The notes under the pieces are model-generated. The model did not search any database and was not told the origin of the DNA. It was given only the letters and a program-made list of their open reading frames with translations. From positions 96,001-160,000 of the forward strand of contig JBPOFY010000005.1 in the NCBI GenBank assembly GCA_051252375.1: 64,000 nt of DNA, read 5' to 3'. Origin of the DNA: Opitutaceae bacterium (GTDB taxonomy: Bacteria > Verrucomicrobiota > Verrucomicrobiia > Opitutales > Coraliomargaritaceae). Below are positions 22,234-32,486 of this stretch, piece by piece; positions within the stretch are counted from its first letter, which is position 1, and each line of letters opens with the position of its first letter. The position numbers and the translations under genes are program-made.

Positions 22234-22818
22234 ATGTCGAAGAACTGGAACGCTGCTTACAAAAATGATGATATCCCTTGGGACAAAGGGGTGGCTGCAC
22301 CGCCATTGGCTGAGTTTTTAGAAACGCATTCGATTGCTGGGCGCGTGCTTGTGCCGGGTTGCGGATTGGGACATGACGTGCGCTTGTTGGCATCGCAGGG
22401 TGCTTCGGCGCTGGGTTTGGATATTGCCCCGAGTGCGGTGCGTAAGGCGCAGACGATTCCTGCCGTTGCGGATGAAGGCTTTGTTGCTGGTGATTTTCTG
22501 GATCTCTCAACCGAATGGGAGGGGCAGTTTGATTGGGTGGTTGAGCATACTTGTCTGTGTGCCTTGGAACTGGATCAACGCGAAGACTATGCTGCTTCGG
22601 TTGCGAAGGCACTCAAGCCGGGAGGCAATTACTTGGCGGTCTTTTATCGTGAAGTTGCGGATTACGAAGGCGATGGTCCGCCACATCCGATTTTATCCGA
22701 AGCGATTGATGCTTTGTTCGGCGCTCACTTTGAGCGGGTCGAATCCTTTGTGCCTAGCGAGAGTTATCCGAGTCGCCCGCATGGCTGCGAGGAAGTGGTC
22801 TGGTTCCGTAAGCGTTGA
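22234..22818 (+). CDS. Thiopurine/thiol-halide S-methyltransferase (TPMT family)
   Basis: IPWD...PPL, RVLVPGCGLGHD, GDFL, EHTCLCAL. Confidence 0.85.
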   Translation: MSKNWNAAYKNDDIPWDKGVAAPPLAEFLETHSIAGRVLVPGCGLGHDVRLLASQGASALGLDIAPSAVRKAQTIPAVADEGFVAGDFLDLSTEWEGQFDWVVEHTCLCALELDQREDYAASVAKALKPGGNYLAVFYREVADYEGDGPPHPILSEAIDALFGAHFERVESFVPSESYPSRPHGCEEVVWFRKR

Positions 22819-22831
22819 GCAGTGCTTCATT

Positions 22832-22919
22832 TCTTAATCCTACTCTTAATCTATTTTTAGGGCTCTGGCCCACAGGTGTAGGGGGATTATGATTAAGATT
22901 AGGAGTAAGAGTAAGACGA
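22832..22919. repeat. Hexamer-unit inverted repeat between convergent genes
   Basis: TCTTAATCCTACTCTTAATC ... GATTATGATTAAGATTAGGAGTAAGAGTAAGA. Confidence 0.75.
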
Positions 22920-22924
22920 TTCGT

Positions 22925-24727
22925 TTACCCGTGCTTTTGTTTGTCGTTAACGGGATCAACGTAAATCGAGACGTTGGCGGTAGTGTTACCAAGGTGCTCT
23001 TTGGCTCGTTTGAGGGCCTTGGCTGTCGAAAGTGTGGGGTTCAGCGGTTCATCGGTGAAGATATTGCGCTCTTTGATGATGTCATAGAGCCCGGAGTTTC
23101 TGAGCACACGGATGATGTCGACTTTGACTTCGCTGAGAATGAGGTAACGCCCTTTTTCAGTCATGTAGAGCATGAGCTCCTCTAGAGCCATGACTGCGGT
23201 GGCATCCATGTTATAGGCATTGCGCATTTTGAGGACGACGATCTTGAGATTGGGGTCTTCGCAGATACGGCGCATTTGATCGCGAAAGAGGTCGGCGGCA
23301 CCGAAGAAGAGTTCGCCTTCGACGTGAACGATTGAGACCTCGGGTGTTTCGCGATGTTCAGGTTTGGCCATCTGTGTGAGCTGACCTTCCTCGTTGAAGG
23401 CATACTCGATCATTTCCGGACGGGCGACCTTTTTGAGGAAAAGCACGATGGACGTGCCGACACCGACATAGATGGCGGTGTCGAGTGGCATGAAGAGGCC
23501 ACTGATGAATGTGGCTCCAAAAACAACCGCGTCGGACCGGGTCGAGCGCGTGACGATACGGATGGCGTGCTTATTGATCAGCGAGATACCGATGGCTATA
23601 ACGAGCACCGCTAGCGTGCATTGTGGAATGTAACTGGTGAAGGGCCCGAGGGCGAAGGCACCGATGAAGACAATGATACCGCTTATGTAGCTGGCGAGGA
23701 CAGTGTGTCCGCCGCTGGTCGCACTGAGGGTCGAGCGGGTCAATGACCCCGAGGCGGGCATGCCGGAAAAGAAGGCGCAGCCGATATTTGCCATGCCGAT
23801 CGAGAACATTGCCTGATTGGCATCCAGCCGTGAACCGGTTTTAGCGGCGAGTGACTTACCGATCGAAATACCTTCGAGTATGCAAAGTAGGGCAATTGCC
23901 AGGGCCGGGCTGGCGAGCATCTGCAGGCTGCTGAGTGAAATTTGAGGTGCCTGGAAAGACCAGTCGGCTGCATTGATGCCGGGCAATAGAACGATGCCGG
24001 ACTGATGCTGAAACGCTAATTCCGTGAGTATGGAAACCGCGATCAAACAGATGGCGACATTCGGCAGCGCTTTGAATTTCTTGTTTAAGAAAATAAACAA
24101 TATGGCGGTGATGATGCTGACAGCAACGGTCTCCCAGACCACGGTGTCGATAGATCCTGCCATGAGTAGCACCGATTCGTAAAAGGTCGCGCCTTTACGC
24201 TCCATCGTGAGCCCGATTGCTTTGGGTATTTGATTGGTGATAATCAGCAGCGCGGCCGCAGAAATGTAGCCGGTAATGACCGAGCGCGAAATGTATTGGA
24301 CGAGATTGGCGACTTTCAGGTAGGCGCCGATGACGATAAAGAGCCCGACCATGAGGATCAGGAGCGGCACCAGCGTCAGCATTTCGTTGCCCATGATGCC
24401 GAGGCTGGCAAAGGCGCTGAGCAGCATGACCGAAGTGGCATTGGTCGGCCCGAGCGTTATGAAGTGACTCTTTGCAAAGATCGGCGCGACGATTGCGGCG
24501 ATTGCCGAACCGTAGATGCCATATTGAATCGGCAGGCCTGCAATCAAGGCGTAAGCCATGCCTTGCGGGAACGCGAGTAGGGCGACGTTGAACCCCGCAC
24601 GGCAGTCGCCTGCGAAGTAATTTTTCTTATAGCCCCCTAGTGATTTGGTAAGCGGGAAGTAGTCTAGGCAATTATATTCCTTCGCCGCGGTGACGGCGTT
24701 TTTCAAAAATTGTAGGACTTGTGCCAA
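22925..24727 (-). CDS. SulP/SLC26 anion transporter with STAS domain
   Basis: AFPQGMAYALIAGLP, GPT, SGSLTRS, EGELFFGAA in the STAS domain. Confidence 0.92.
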   Translation of the reverse strand: MAQVLQFLKNAVTAAKEYNCLDYFPLTKSLGGYKKNYFAGDCRAGFNVALLAFPQGMAYALIAGLPIQYGIYGSAIAAIVAPIFAKSHFITLGPTNATSVMLLSAFASLGIMGNEMLTLVPLLILMVGLFIVIGAYLKVANLVQYISRSVITGYISAAALLIITNQIPKAIGLTMERKGATFYESVLLMAGSIDTVVWETVAVSIITAILFIFLNKKFKALPNVAICLIAVSILTELAFQHQSGIVLLPGINAADWSFQAPQISLSSLQMLASPALAIALLCILEGISIGKSLAAKTGSRLDANQAMFSIGMANIGCAFFSGMPASGSLTRSTLSATSGGHTVLASYISGIIVFIGAFALGPFTSYIPQCTLAVLVIAIGISLINKHAIRIVTRSTRSDAVVFGATFISGLFMPLDTAIYVGVGTSIVLFLKKVARPEMIEYAFNEEGQLTQMAKPEHRETPEVSIVHVEGELFFGAADLFRDQMRRICEDPNLKIVVLKMRNAYNMDATAVMALEELMLYMTEKGRYLILSEVKVDIIRVLRNSGLYDIIKERNIFTDEPLNPTLSTAKALKRAKEHLGNTTANVSIYVDPVNDKQKHG

Positions 24728-24744
24728 TTGACTACGGTTTGGAA

Positions 24745-25530
24745 TTAACTTTCAGGGTAGAGCACTTTCATGACTTCGGCATGTAGCGGGGCTTTGGCCG
24801 CAATAATGGTTCGTTCATCAAATGAGTCGCCACCATACCAACCAGTAACGGTGAAGCCTGCGCCTTGCAAGCATGGGATGATCGCTGCGCAGTCCCAAAT
24901 CTCCATGAGAGGATCACACATGACGTCAATAAAGCCGGTGCAAAGTAGGATGTAGCCGCCGGCATCGCCCCATGAGCGATAGAGTGCGGTCTTCGGTGGC
25001 AGGTCGCTCCATTGAGCATTGTTCTGCCAAAGTTGTTTACGGATGGGGTCGGTGGTGCAGAGCGTGGCTTCACTTAGTTTACATGGAGCGCGTCCACTTA
25101 CTGGCTTGCCGTTCAGAGTGGTGGTCTCGCAATCGCCGATCACCATCTGCTTCATCACTGGCTGATTGATCGCGCCGATGACTGGGCGACCTTTGTAGAG
25201 TAGTGCGATGAGGGTGGCGAAAAGCGGCACCCCAGAAATGAAAGACTTGGTGCCGTCGACAGGATCGAGGACCCATACGAAATCCGCATCGGTGCGTTCC
25301 TTGCCATATTCCTCACCAATGATGCCGTGGTCCGGATAGCGCTCAGCGAGAATTTCGCGGATGCGTTTCTCTGCATTACGATCCGCTAAGGTGACGGGTG
25401 TGGCGTCGGACTTGCGTTCGATCTCCACATCCGGCCCGTAGTGAGGCATGATTTCCTTCGCTGCCTCTTCACAGAGGTAGGCGATGAATTCGATGAATTC
25501 GTCTTTTTGAGCGCGTGTAAGTTCTGACAT
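24745..25530 (-). CDS. Inositol monophosphatase family protein, probably HisN-type histidinol-phosphatase
   Basis: PVTLADR, IIGEE, WVLDPVDGTKSFISG, WDCAA; start placed at ATG 25530. Confidence 0.82.
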   Translation of the reverse strand: MSELTRAQKDEFIEFIAYLCEEAAKEIMPHYGPDVEIERKSDATPVTLADRNAEKRIREILAERYPDHGIIGEEYGKERTDADFVWVLDPVDGTKSFISGVPLFATLIALLYKGRPVIGAINQPVMKQMVIGDCETTTLNGKPVSGRAPCKLSEATLCTTDPIRKQLWQNNAQWSDLPPKTALYRSWGDAGGYILLCTGFIDVMCDPLMEIWDCAAIIPCLQGAGFTVTGWYGGDSFDERTIIAAKAPLHAEVMKVLYPES

Positions 25531-25648
25531 GACTGCTGCTTTAATTGGATAAAAGACTAAAATGTGGTCAGTGATTTCTGGATAGGCAACCGCATAGTCA
25601 TTGAATTCAATGTTCGACCTTCGAAGTTCGATGTTCAACCATTGCCTT

Positions 25649-26308
25649 GTGTTGACGACCCCCATTCATGTGATCGATTTTGAAGGCAGCCGCCAGAGCG
25701 GGATTGTCGAATATGGCGTGGTCACATTGCACGGCGATCAGGTCGAGGCTACCTATACACGGCTCTGCGCGCCGATTGGCACGATTTCGGATCGCGATCG
25801 TTTGCAACATGGGATTTCTGAGGAACTAGCATCGGAACATGACCGCTTCGATGAGGAATGGGCGCTTTTTTCAGGACTCCGCGAGACAGGGCCACTCTGT
25901 GCGCACAATGTGGCAGTTGAAGACGGCTTGTTGCGAAGCGTGTGGCCGTATCCGCGCAATTCACCGGATTTTGCGGAAGCGGGGCAATTGACTGCAAGTT
26001 GGGGACCTTGGTTGGACACTCTGTATTTGTATCGCCGGATCTATCCACAAATGGAGAGCTACAAGTTGGAAGATTTGATCGCTGTCTTTGGGCTAGGTGA
26101 GGAGTTGGCCGCACAGGCTGCACTCTATTGTCCGGAAAAACGAGGTCGCTACCATTGTGCGCTTTACGATGCCTTGGCCTCGGCCTTACTACTGAAGCGT
26201 CTCTATGCGGAGCCTGAGTTGGGAGACTTGAGCCTGCGCTGGTTGATCATGAACAGTGCCGCTTCGTCTGCGAATCGTGATGCGATCGGACAACAAGATT
26301 TATTTTAA
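25649..26308 (+). CDS. DEDDh 3'-5' exonuclease (DnaQ-like)
   Basis: IDFEG, HN..VED, LDTL, HCALYDA; start uncertain (GTG 25649 or TTG 25652). Confidence 0.82.
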   Translation: MLTTPIHVIDFEGSRQSGIVEYGVVTLHGDQVEATYTRLCAPIGTISDRDRLQHGISEELASEHDRFDEEWALFSGLRETGPLCAHNVAVEDGLLRSVWPYPRNSPDFAEAGQLTASWGPWLDTLYLYRRIYPQMESYKLEDLIAVFGLGEELAAQAALYCPEKRGRYHCALYDALASALLLKRLYAEPELGDLSLRWLIMNSAASSANRDAIGQQDLF

Positions 26309-26315
26309 CAGAACG

Positions 26316-27287
26316 ATGAGTGAAAAACCAAATGTAGTCTTTTTTGGATCGGATGCGATTTGCCTACCAGTGCTGAATTACCTCTTAGGCGAGGGCGCGT
26401 CGCAATGCACATTATGCGCGGTGATTTCGCAACCTGATCGTCCGCAAGGGCGGGGCAAAAAGATGCAACCTAATCCCGTGGCCGCATGGGCGACAGAGAA
26501 TGGTGTAGAGCTGCTCCGTCCTGAAAAGCCAGATGCTGCCTTGGTTGATTGGATCGTGTCTGCCGAGGTCGTGGTCGCATTCGTCATGGCCTATGGGCAT
26601 TTCTTGCCGAAGTCGCTGCGCGAAGCGCCGCGTCATGGGATGGTGAATTTCCACGGATCGATCTTACCAAAGTATCGCGGTGCCTCGCCAGTCGAGACTG
26701 CGATTGCGATGGGTGAGTCCGAAACAGGTGTTGGCTTGATGCAAGTGGTGAAGGCAATGGATGCCGGCGGCGTGGCAGACGTGGAAAGAGTCTGTATTGA
26801 AAATGCTGATACCAGTCCTGATGTGCGGGTGAAAATCGGTGAGGCGGTCGTGCCTCTGTTACGCCGTAATCTCGAGACGATACTCCGTGGCGATTTGGAT
26901 TTTGTGCCGCAGGACACTGCGGCTGTGACGCATTGCCGTAAAATTAGTAAAGAGGACGGCGCCTTGGATTTCACTTTGTCGGCACAGGCGATCTATGATC
27001 GCTTGCGAGCTTTCTCGCCATGGCCTGGTGGGTATTTTGATCACGATGTAGTGCGCATCAAAGTCGGGCGTGCGACGGTTGATTTAGCATCAAGTGAAGT
27101 GGCTCCGGGCACTGTTCTATCCCTTGAGTCGGGGCTTACAGTTGCGACGGGCGGGGGCATGATCGTGTTTCACGAATTGCAACGCCCTGGCGGGCGGATG
27201 CTGCCGGTCGCAGATTTTTTGCGCGGGTATCCGATTGCGGTTGGCGAAGTCTTGAAGAGTTCTGCCGCGCAATCGTTGCTGGTTTGA
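26316..27287 (+). CDS. fmt: Methionyl-tRNA formyltransferase
   Basis: SQPDRPQGRG, NFHGSILPKYRGASP, MDAG, RAFSPWPG. Confidence 0.94.
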   Translation: MSEKPNVVFFGSDAICLPVLNYLLGEGASQCTLCAVISQPDRPQGRGKKMQPNPVAAWATENGVELLRPEKPDAALVDWIVSAEVVVAFVMAYGHFLPKSLREAPRHGMVNFHGSILPKYRGASPVETAIAMGESETGVGLMQVVKAMDAGGVADVERVCIENADTSPDVRVKIGEAVVPLLRRNLETILRGDLDFVPQDTAAVTHCRKISKEDGALDFTLSAQAIYDRLRAFSPWPGGYFDHDVVRIKVGRATVDLASSEVAPGTVLSLESGLTVATGGGMIVFHELQRPGGRMLPVADFLRGYPIAVGEVLKSSAAQSLLV

Positions 27288-27345
27288 TTGCGAATATAGA
27301 AACGGATTAGCCGATAAATGGATTCGTATTCGCTTGGAAATTCGC

Positions 27346-27457
27346 GGTTGCGACGGAGCGCAACCCTCCAGTTTGTCTCGAAATTATGGAGGGACATGCT
27401 CCGTCATGTCCGCCGCATGTTAGGTCAGTTGGTCAAGCGGGGACGTTGGCCCTCCAA
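27346..27457. repeat. TGGAGGG-family REP cluster (two intact copies, one degenerate)
   Basis: GGTTGCGACGGAGCGCAACCCTCCA at 27346-27370 and TGGAGGGACATGCTCCGTCATGTCC at 27387-27411. Confidence 0.85.
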
Positions 27458-27505
27458 AATCTAGCCTCTCCGTGAGTGCTCTAAAAGGATAGGTTTGATC
27501 GCGCC

Positions 27506-27745
27506 TCAACCGCCGGTCATCGGTGGGAGGAAGGCGATGGAGTCGCCGTCTTTTAATTCTGCTTCATGAGCGGAGAGCTCATGGTTGATAGCGACTTGTA
27601 GTTGCTTAAACGTATGTGGGAAATGATATGCGGTCTGAAGTTCGTCGTAGAGCGCGGCGGGAGAAGTGTTACTCAGCTCGCGTGTCTCTTCAGTTTTACC
27701 GGCGAGGTCAGCGAGTTGGGCGAAGTATAGGATCTTAATTTGCAT
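27506..27745 (-). CDS. moaD: Molybdopterin synthase sulfur carrier
   Basis: ILYFA N-terminus, AINHE, C-terminal FLPPMTGG. Confidence 0.9.
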   Translation of the reverse strand: MQIKILYFAQLADLAGKTEETRELSNTSPAALYDELQTAYHFPHTFKQLQVAINHELSAHEAELKDGDSIAFLPPMTGG

Positions 27746-28325
27746 CTTGAATGGCTTCGTATTCGGCGGCGGTGTTGATGTTGTCGAGACTGCGTGGATC
27801 GTCTTGGTCGACGAGTTTAGCTTCGTTAACGATGAGCAGTTTGCGTGGGCAGCTTTTACCCAGCTCTTGCGAGAGTTGCAGCAAGCCTTGACCTGAACCG
27901 CTGGGGTAGATCGCGCAAAGTGGTTCGGGCAGACCGTCGTGGCTACTTTTGTAGGCGGTCAGTTCCGGCGTGGCGGCTTGGAATGTGCGGATGAGCTTTT
28001 CCAGAGTGGGCACTTGTAAATAGGGCAGGTCACAGGCGAGAACGAGCCAATGTGCTTCGGGATGTGTCTGCATTGCGGAGAGGATACCGCAGAGGGGACC
28101 CTTTGCTTCGTTTACTGAATCGTAGATCGCTTCGGAGCCTTCGGGGCAGGGGAAGGCTTGTTCTTCGCGTTGCGAAATATAGACGCGTTCGCAGACCGAT
28201 TGGAGGAGTGCGGCAGTGCGTTCAAGTTGCGTGCCTCGGCCGTCATAGCTAAGGAGCGCTTTGTCGCGGCCCATGCGTTGGCTTTTGCCGCCGACAAGGA
28301 CGAGACCATAAAGTGGAGAATCCAT
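27735..28325 (-). CDS. mobA: Molybdenum cofactor guanylyltransferase
   Basis: LVGGKSQRMGRDKA, GPLCG, LACDLP, EPLCAIY, NINT. Confidence 0.92.
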   Translation of the reverse strand: MDSPLYGLVLVGGKSQRMGRDKALLSYDGRGTQLERTAALLQSVCERVYISQREEQAFPCPEGSEAIYDSVNEAKGPLCGILSAMQTHPEAHWLVLACDLPYLQVPTLEKLIRTFQAATPELTAYKSSHDGLPEPLCAIYPSGSGQGLLQLSQELGKSCPRKLLIVNEAKLVDQDDPRSLDNINTAAEYEAIQDAN

Positions 28326-28345
28326 GGAATTTAATGTAGCGGAGG

Positions 28346-28816
28346 CTATCGTTTGTAGTCGGATTTGCCGCCGGTCTTTTCAACCAGACGGGTGGACTCG
28401 ATGACGATGTCTTTAGAGACCGCTTTGCACATATCGTAGATTGTGAGTGCTGCGCCACTGACGGCGGTGAGTGCTTCCATTTCGACGCCGGTTTGGTCGA
28501 GCACTTTGACTCGGGCTTCGATTCGTAGACGGGCTTCGTCGACTGGTTTAATGTCGATCTTAACCGACTTTAAATTAAGTGGATGGCAAAAGGGGATCAG
28601 CTCGGAAGTTTTCTTTGCCGCCATGGTGCCGGCGATAATGGCGGTATCGAGGATGGGACCTTTTTTTGAGGTCCAGCCTGAATCGCTAAAGGCCTTCATG
28701 ATGTCGGGTCCAAGAAAAACGAAACACTCGGCGATCGCAGTGCGTTCAGTTGCGCTTTTTTCCGATACATCGACCATTGTGGGTCGTTGGTCTTTGTCGA
28801 GGTGCGTGAATTCCAT
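28346..28816 (-). CDS. moaC: Cyclic pyranopterin monophosphate synthase
   Basis: THLD...MVDVSEK, LIPFCHP, TGVEMEALT, IYDMCKA, KTGGKS. Confidence 0.95.
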   Translation of the reverse strand: MEFTHLDKDQRPTMVDVSEKSATERTAIAECFVFLGPDIMKAFSDSGWTSKKGPILDTAIIAGTMAAKKTSELIPFCHPLNLKSVKIDIKPVDEARLRIEARVKVLDQTGVEMEALTAVSGAALTIYDMCKAVSKDIVIESTRLVEKTGGKSDYKR

Positions 28817-28894
28817 AATGTATGATCGTTGGCGTTTGTGGACTGCTTGGCAAGTGACATTCCTTTGGCTCTTGGGGTGTATTTACTTTATAGC

Positions 28895-28977
28895 TGGAGG
28901 GTTGCGCTCCGTCGCAACCGCCGTTGGTTCGCCTCGGTCCGGAAGTATCTGCGGCAATGACGGAGCATTGCCCTCCA
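28895..28977. repeat. TGGAGGG-family REP inverted pair
   Basis: TGGAGGGTTGCGCTCCGTCGCAACC and GGCAATGACGGAGCATTGCCCTCCA. Confidence 0.85.
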
Positions 28978-29045
28978 GAATGTTCATTTGCCGATACTGT
29001 GTGAGGTGAATTGACAGCGTAGCGGATTTCAATCTGTGTGTGTGG

Positions 29046-29612
29046 ATGAACTTTAGCGAAGAATTAACTCTGTCTCGGGATACCTCAGCGACGATTATTC
29101 CGGCAGGCGAAGTGCAAACGCTTAAAGCGGGCACACGTGCTGTAATTTCTCAGGCCTTGGGTGGCACAGTGACGATCCGCACGGACTCGGGGCTGTTTCG
29201 CTTAGCGAGTAAAGATTGGGATGCGCTCGGTGCTGAAGCAAAAGCACAACTTTCGGCTGCGGCTGACGCGGCGGAGCTGGATCAAAGTGATACACCTTTT
29301 AGCGAAGCGCTGGTTTGGGAGGCGATGAAGAGCTGTTTCGACCCTGAGATTCCGGTGAACATTGTGGACCTCGGCTTGATTTATGATCTTCAAATCGGAG
29401 AGCCTGATGCGGATGGAAAACATCTCATAAATGTGAAGATGACTTTGACGGCACAAGGCTGTGGTATGGGCCCGGTGATCGCGGATGATGCTAAGACGAG
29501 TATCGAAGCGCTGGATAGTGTTTCACAAGCTCAGGTAGATATCGTATGGGATCCACCGTGGACACCGCATATGATCTCCGATGAAGGACGTAAGAAACTA
29601 GGTATCGAGTAG
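29046..29612 (+). CDS. sufT: Fe-S cluster assembly protein SufT (DUF59/PaaD-like)
   Basis: SQALGGTVT, DPEIPVNIVDLGLIY, TLTAQGCGMG, VWDPPW. Confidence 0.85.
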   Translation: MNFSEELTLSRDTSATIIPAGEVQTLKAGTRAVISQALGGTVTIRTDSGLFRLASKDWDALGAEAKAQLSAAADAAELDQSDTPFSEALVWEAMKSCFDPEIPVNIVDLGLIYDLQIGEPDADGKHLINVKMTLTAQGCGMGPVIADDAKTSIEALDSVSQAQVDIVWDPPWTPHMISDEGRKKLGIE

Positions 29613-29683
29613 GTTGGCATTTTTACGAATCCGTTACGATTTGTAAGTTGTTTAATGGTAGCGTTTTGCGTGTCATATTTTGG

Positions 29684-29699
29684 CGGCATTAAACCTGCG
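29684..29699 (+). promoter_or_regulatory. Possible sigma-54 (-24/-12) promoter of the pilin-like gene
   Basis: CGGCATTAAACCTGCG has GG-N10-GC spacing, 80 bp upstream of the start; partial consensus match only. Confidence 0.3.
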
Positions 29700-29778
29700 C
29701 TTGCGCGAGTGATACTATGGGGCAACCGTAAGTGTGCTTTTAATTATGCACGCGATATTTCGCTAACCCGAGAATATC

Positions 29779-30258
29779 ATGCCGACTACCAATACTACCA
29801 AAATACTCAGTCGCCGTTCGCGCGGCTTTACCCTTGTCGAGATCATGATCGTTGTCGTGATCATCGGTTTGTTGGCTGCTATGGCTTTGCCCGCTTTTCA
29901 GAAGGCACGACTTAATAGTAATGCCAGTCGTTTTGCCAATGACTTCCGCGTCTTCGCAGGTGCCTTTGAAACGCATGTTCTGGAATCGGGGCAGTGGGCG
30001 CCCGACGGAATGGGCAATAGCTTACCTGCAACCGTTTTAGAATATTTGGAAGGCTCGGCTTGGTTCCAACCTGTGCCAGGTGGTGGTTATTGGGACTGGG
30101 AGCTCAATCGGTTTGGCCATAAGGCCTCAGTCGGCTTGGCATTGGATGAGGATCGCCCTGACATCATGCAGAAAGTCGACGACATCTTAGACGATGGCAA
30201 CTTAGCGACTGGCAGCTTTCGTAAAGCATCCGACCGCTATATCTATATTTTAGAGTAG
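29779..30258 (+). CDS. Type IV pilin/pseudopilin-like protein
   Basis: Prepilin cleavage motif RG-FTLVEIMIVVVIIGLLAAMALP. Confidence 0.9.
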   Translation: MPTTNTTKILSRRSRGFTLVEIMIVVVIIGLLAAMALPAFQKARLNSNASRFANDFRVFAGAFETHVLESGQWAPDGMGNSLPATVLEYLEGSAWFQPVPGGGYWDWELNRFGHKASVGLALDEDRPDIMQKVDDILDDGNLATGSFRKASDRYIYILE

Positions 30259-30267
30259 CGTTTCGAT

Positions 30268-32181
30268 CTACTCGACCTCGGCGTGTTGCGCTTTGGAATT
30301 TTTGATCGATTCGATACGACCGAGGACTTGGGCAAAGATCGATTCGGCGTCGAGTCCCACTGTAGCGCGTAGCTGACTGACAGAATTACCGTGTTCCACA
30401 AAAGTGTCGGGCCAGCCGATACGTTCGACGGGGCGCATGCAGTTGCCTGTTTGCAATGCCTCCATGACTGCGGTTCCGAAGCCGCCAGTGATGACATGGT
30501 CTTCCATGGTCACGATCAATTGGGTATTGGCTGCGGCGGATAGCAAGTTCTCGGTGTCCAGTGGTTTTGCAAAGCGCGCATTCACGACGCCTGCTTTGAT
30601 ACTGTGCTCGCTCAAGCGTGCGGCGAGTTTTTCAGCGTCGGCCACCATCGAGCCGATTGCCCAAATATCGATTTCACCAGCTTCTTGGAGGCGAACAGAT
30701 TTGCCGACTTCCAGGGCTTCTGGTGTTTCTTTGATCGGAGTGCCGACTCCTTCGCCACGAGGGTAGCGGATAAAGGCAGGACCTTGGTAGGCGATGCCGG
30801 TTGCCATCATGTCGGCGAGTTCATCTTCGTTGGCAGGCGCCATGATGAGTGCCTCTGGCACGCAGCGCAGATAGGAAATATCGAACAGACCGTGGTGAGT
30901 CGCGCCGTCGTTGGGCGAGAGTCCGGAGCGATCCATGCAGAAGAGCACAGGTAGTTTTTGCAGCGCAATATCGTGTATGATCTGGTCGTAAGCGCGCTGT
31001 AAGAAAGTGGAGTAGATCGCGCAGACCGGGTGGAAGCCGGAAGTGGCCATCCCTGCGGCAAAGAGCGCGGCGTGTTCCTCGGCGATGCCGACATCGAAGA
31101 ATTGCTCGGGCAGCGCTTTTTCGAGAATGTTCATGCCAGTGCCTGCTGGCATGGCGGCGGTGATGCCGACGATCTTTGGGTCTGCAGTCGCCAACTTGAC
31201 CATGGTCTCGCCCATGACGTCTTGATATTTCGGTGGTGCAGTCTCCGCTGATGGGGCACCTTTGCCGGTGTTGACATCGAAAGGGCTGGCTCCGTGGAAA
31301 CGCTCGGGATTATTAATCGCGACGTCGTAGCCTTTGCCTTTAGTCGTTAAAATATGCAGCAGCACGGGTTGCTCGGCGTTTTTTGCGAACTCGAGGTAGT
31401 GCTCTACTTGCTTGTGGTCGTGGCCATCGATCGGACCGATGTAGCGGACGTTGAATTTCTCAAAGAGGGAGGAGGAGACGAAGAAGTCTTTGGTTTCCTT
31501 TTTCCATTTTGAACCGAAGTTGATGATTGATTCACCGCCAGGCATTTTTTGTAGCAGCGCCTCGATGTCGTCATTCAGACGATTGTAAATCGGGTTGGTG
31601 ATGAGCTCGTTGAAGTAGCGAGGTAGGGCGCCTACGTTCTTGGCGATGGACCATTTGTTGTCGTTGAGAATGATGATCAGGCGCTTGGTCGAAGTGGCGA
31701 CATTGTTGAGCGCCTCCATCGTGATCCCGCAGGTAAAGGCGGCGTCACCGCAGAGCGCGACGACATGCTCATCGCTGCCACGCTTGTCGCGGGCGGTGGC
31801 CATACCAAGAGCAGCGGAGAGTGCGGTGCCTGCGTGACCTGCGCCAAAGGCGTCGTGCTCGCTTTCTTGGCGATTGAGGAAACCACTCAGACCTTCGTTC
31901 TGGCGTAGTTTATCAAATCGTTCGTCGTTACGACCGGTGAGTAGTTTGTGGACATAGCCTTGGTGGGCGACGTCGAAGACAAAGCGGTCTTCCGGTGTAT
32001 TGAAGACTCTGTGTAGCGCGATGGACAGTTCGACCACACCGAGGTTTGGCCCCACGTGTCCCCCATTACGAGAGGTGACAGAAATGATGCGCTCGCGAAT
32101 TTCTTGGGCGAGCTGCGGGAGCTGGTCTTCCGACAGTTTTTTGACGTCGGCAGGTGATTGAATGCTGTCTAAAAGAGACAT
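30268..32181 (-). CDS. dxs: 1-deoxy-D-xylulose-5-phosphate synthase
   Basis: GGHVGPNLGVVEL, FDVAHQ, GAGHAGT, GPIDGH, GIAEEHA, YSTFLQRAYDQ. Confidence 0.96.
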   Translation of the reverse strand: MSLLDSIQSPADVKKLSEDQLPQLAQEIRERIISVTSRNGGHVGPNLGVVELSIALHRVFNTPEDRFVFDVAHQGYVHKLLTGRNDERFDKLRQNEGLSGFLNRQESEHDAFGAGHAGTALSAALGMATARDKRGSDEHVVALCGDAAFTCGITMEALNNVATSTKRLIIILNDNKWSIAKNVGALPRYFNELITNPIYNRLNDDIEALLQKMPGGESIINFGSKWKKETKDFFVSSSLFEKFNVRYIGPIDGHDHKQVEHYLEFAKNAEQPVLLHILTTKGKGYDVAINNPERFHGASPFDVNTGKGAPSAETAPPKYQDVMGETMVKLATADPKIVGITAAMPAGTGMNILEKALPEQFFDVGIAEEHAALFAAGMATSGFHPVCAIYSTFLQRAYDQIIHDIALQKLPVLFCMDRSGLSPNDGATHHGLFDISYLRCVPEALIMAPANEDELADMMATGIAYQGPAFIRYPRGEGVGTPIKETPEALEVGKSVRLQEAGEIDIWAIGSMVADAEKLAARLSEHSIKAGVVNARFAKPLDTENLLSAAANTQLIVTMEDHVITGGFGTAVMEALQTGNCMRPVERIGWPDTFVEHGNSVSQLRATVGLDAESIFAQVLGRIESIKNSKAQHAEVE

Positions 32182-32232
32182 GTTCCGTTGGTAGAAAGTA
32201 GTGGGCAGAGTGAGCGTATGCTGACCTGCGGA

Positions 32233-32475
32233 TTAATTGTCGGCGGTGGTCTCGTCGAACGGTTCGACTTCACCTGTCTTGATGTTGAGTTTCTCGATCT
32301 TGATTTCAGCCTTTTTCAATTGTGCCTGGCACACTTTGAGTAGGGTAGAGCCTTCTTCAAATTTCGCAACCAGATCGGCCAATGGGATCTCGCCGGACTC
32401 CATTGAATGAATGATGCCTTCAAGTTGTTCGAGGGCGGTCTCGAAAGAGAGTTCGTCTGTTGGTTTCTTGGGCAT
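32233..32475 (-). CDS. xseB: Exodeoxyribonuclease VII small subunit
   Basis: SFETALEQLE...MESG..PL...FEEG..L...C...L..AE. Confidence 0.92.
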   Translation of the reverse strand: MPKKPTDELSFETALEQLEGIIHSMESGEIPLADLVAKFEEGSTLLKVCQAQLKKAEIKIEKLNIKTGEVEPFDETTADN

Positions 32476-32486
32476 GTGTCGGGTCG

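Noticed and set aside
30268..32475. xseB-dxs without the usual ispA between them; moaC-mobA-moaD without moaA/moaE
   Set aside because: Ordinary gene-order variation; the missing genes may lie outside the window.
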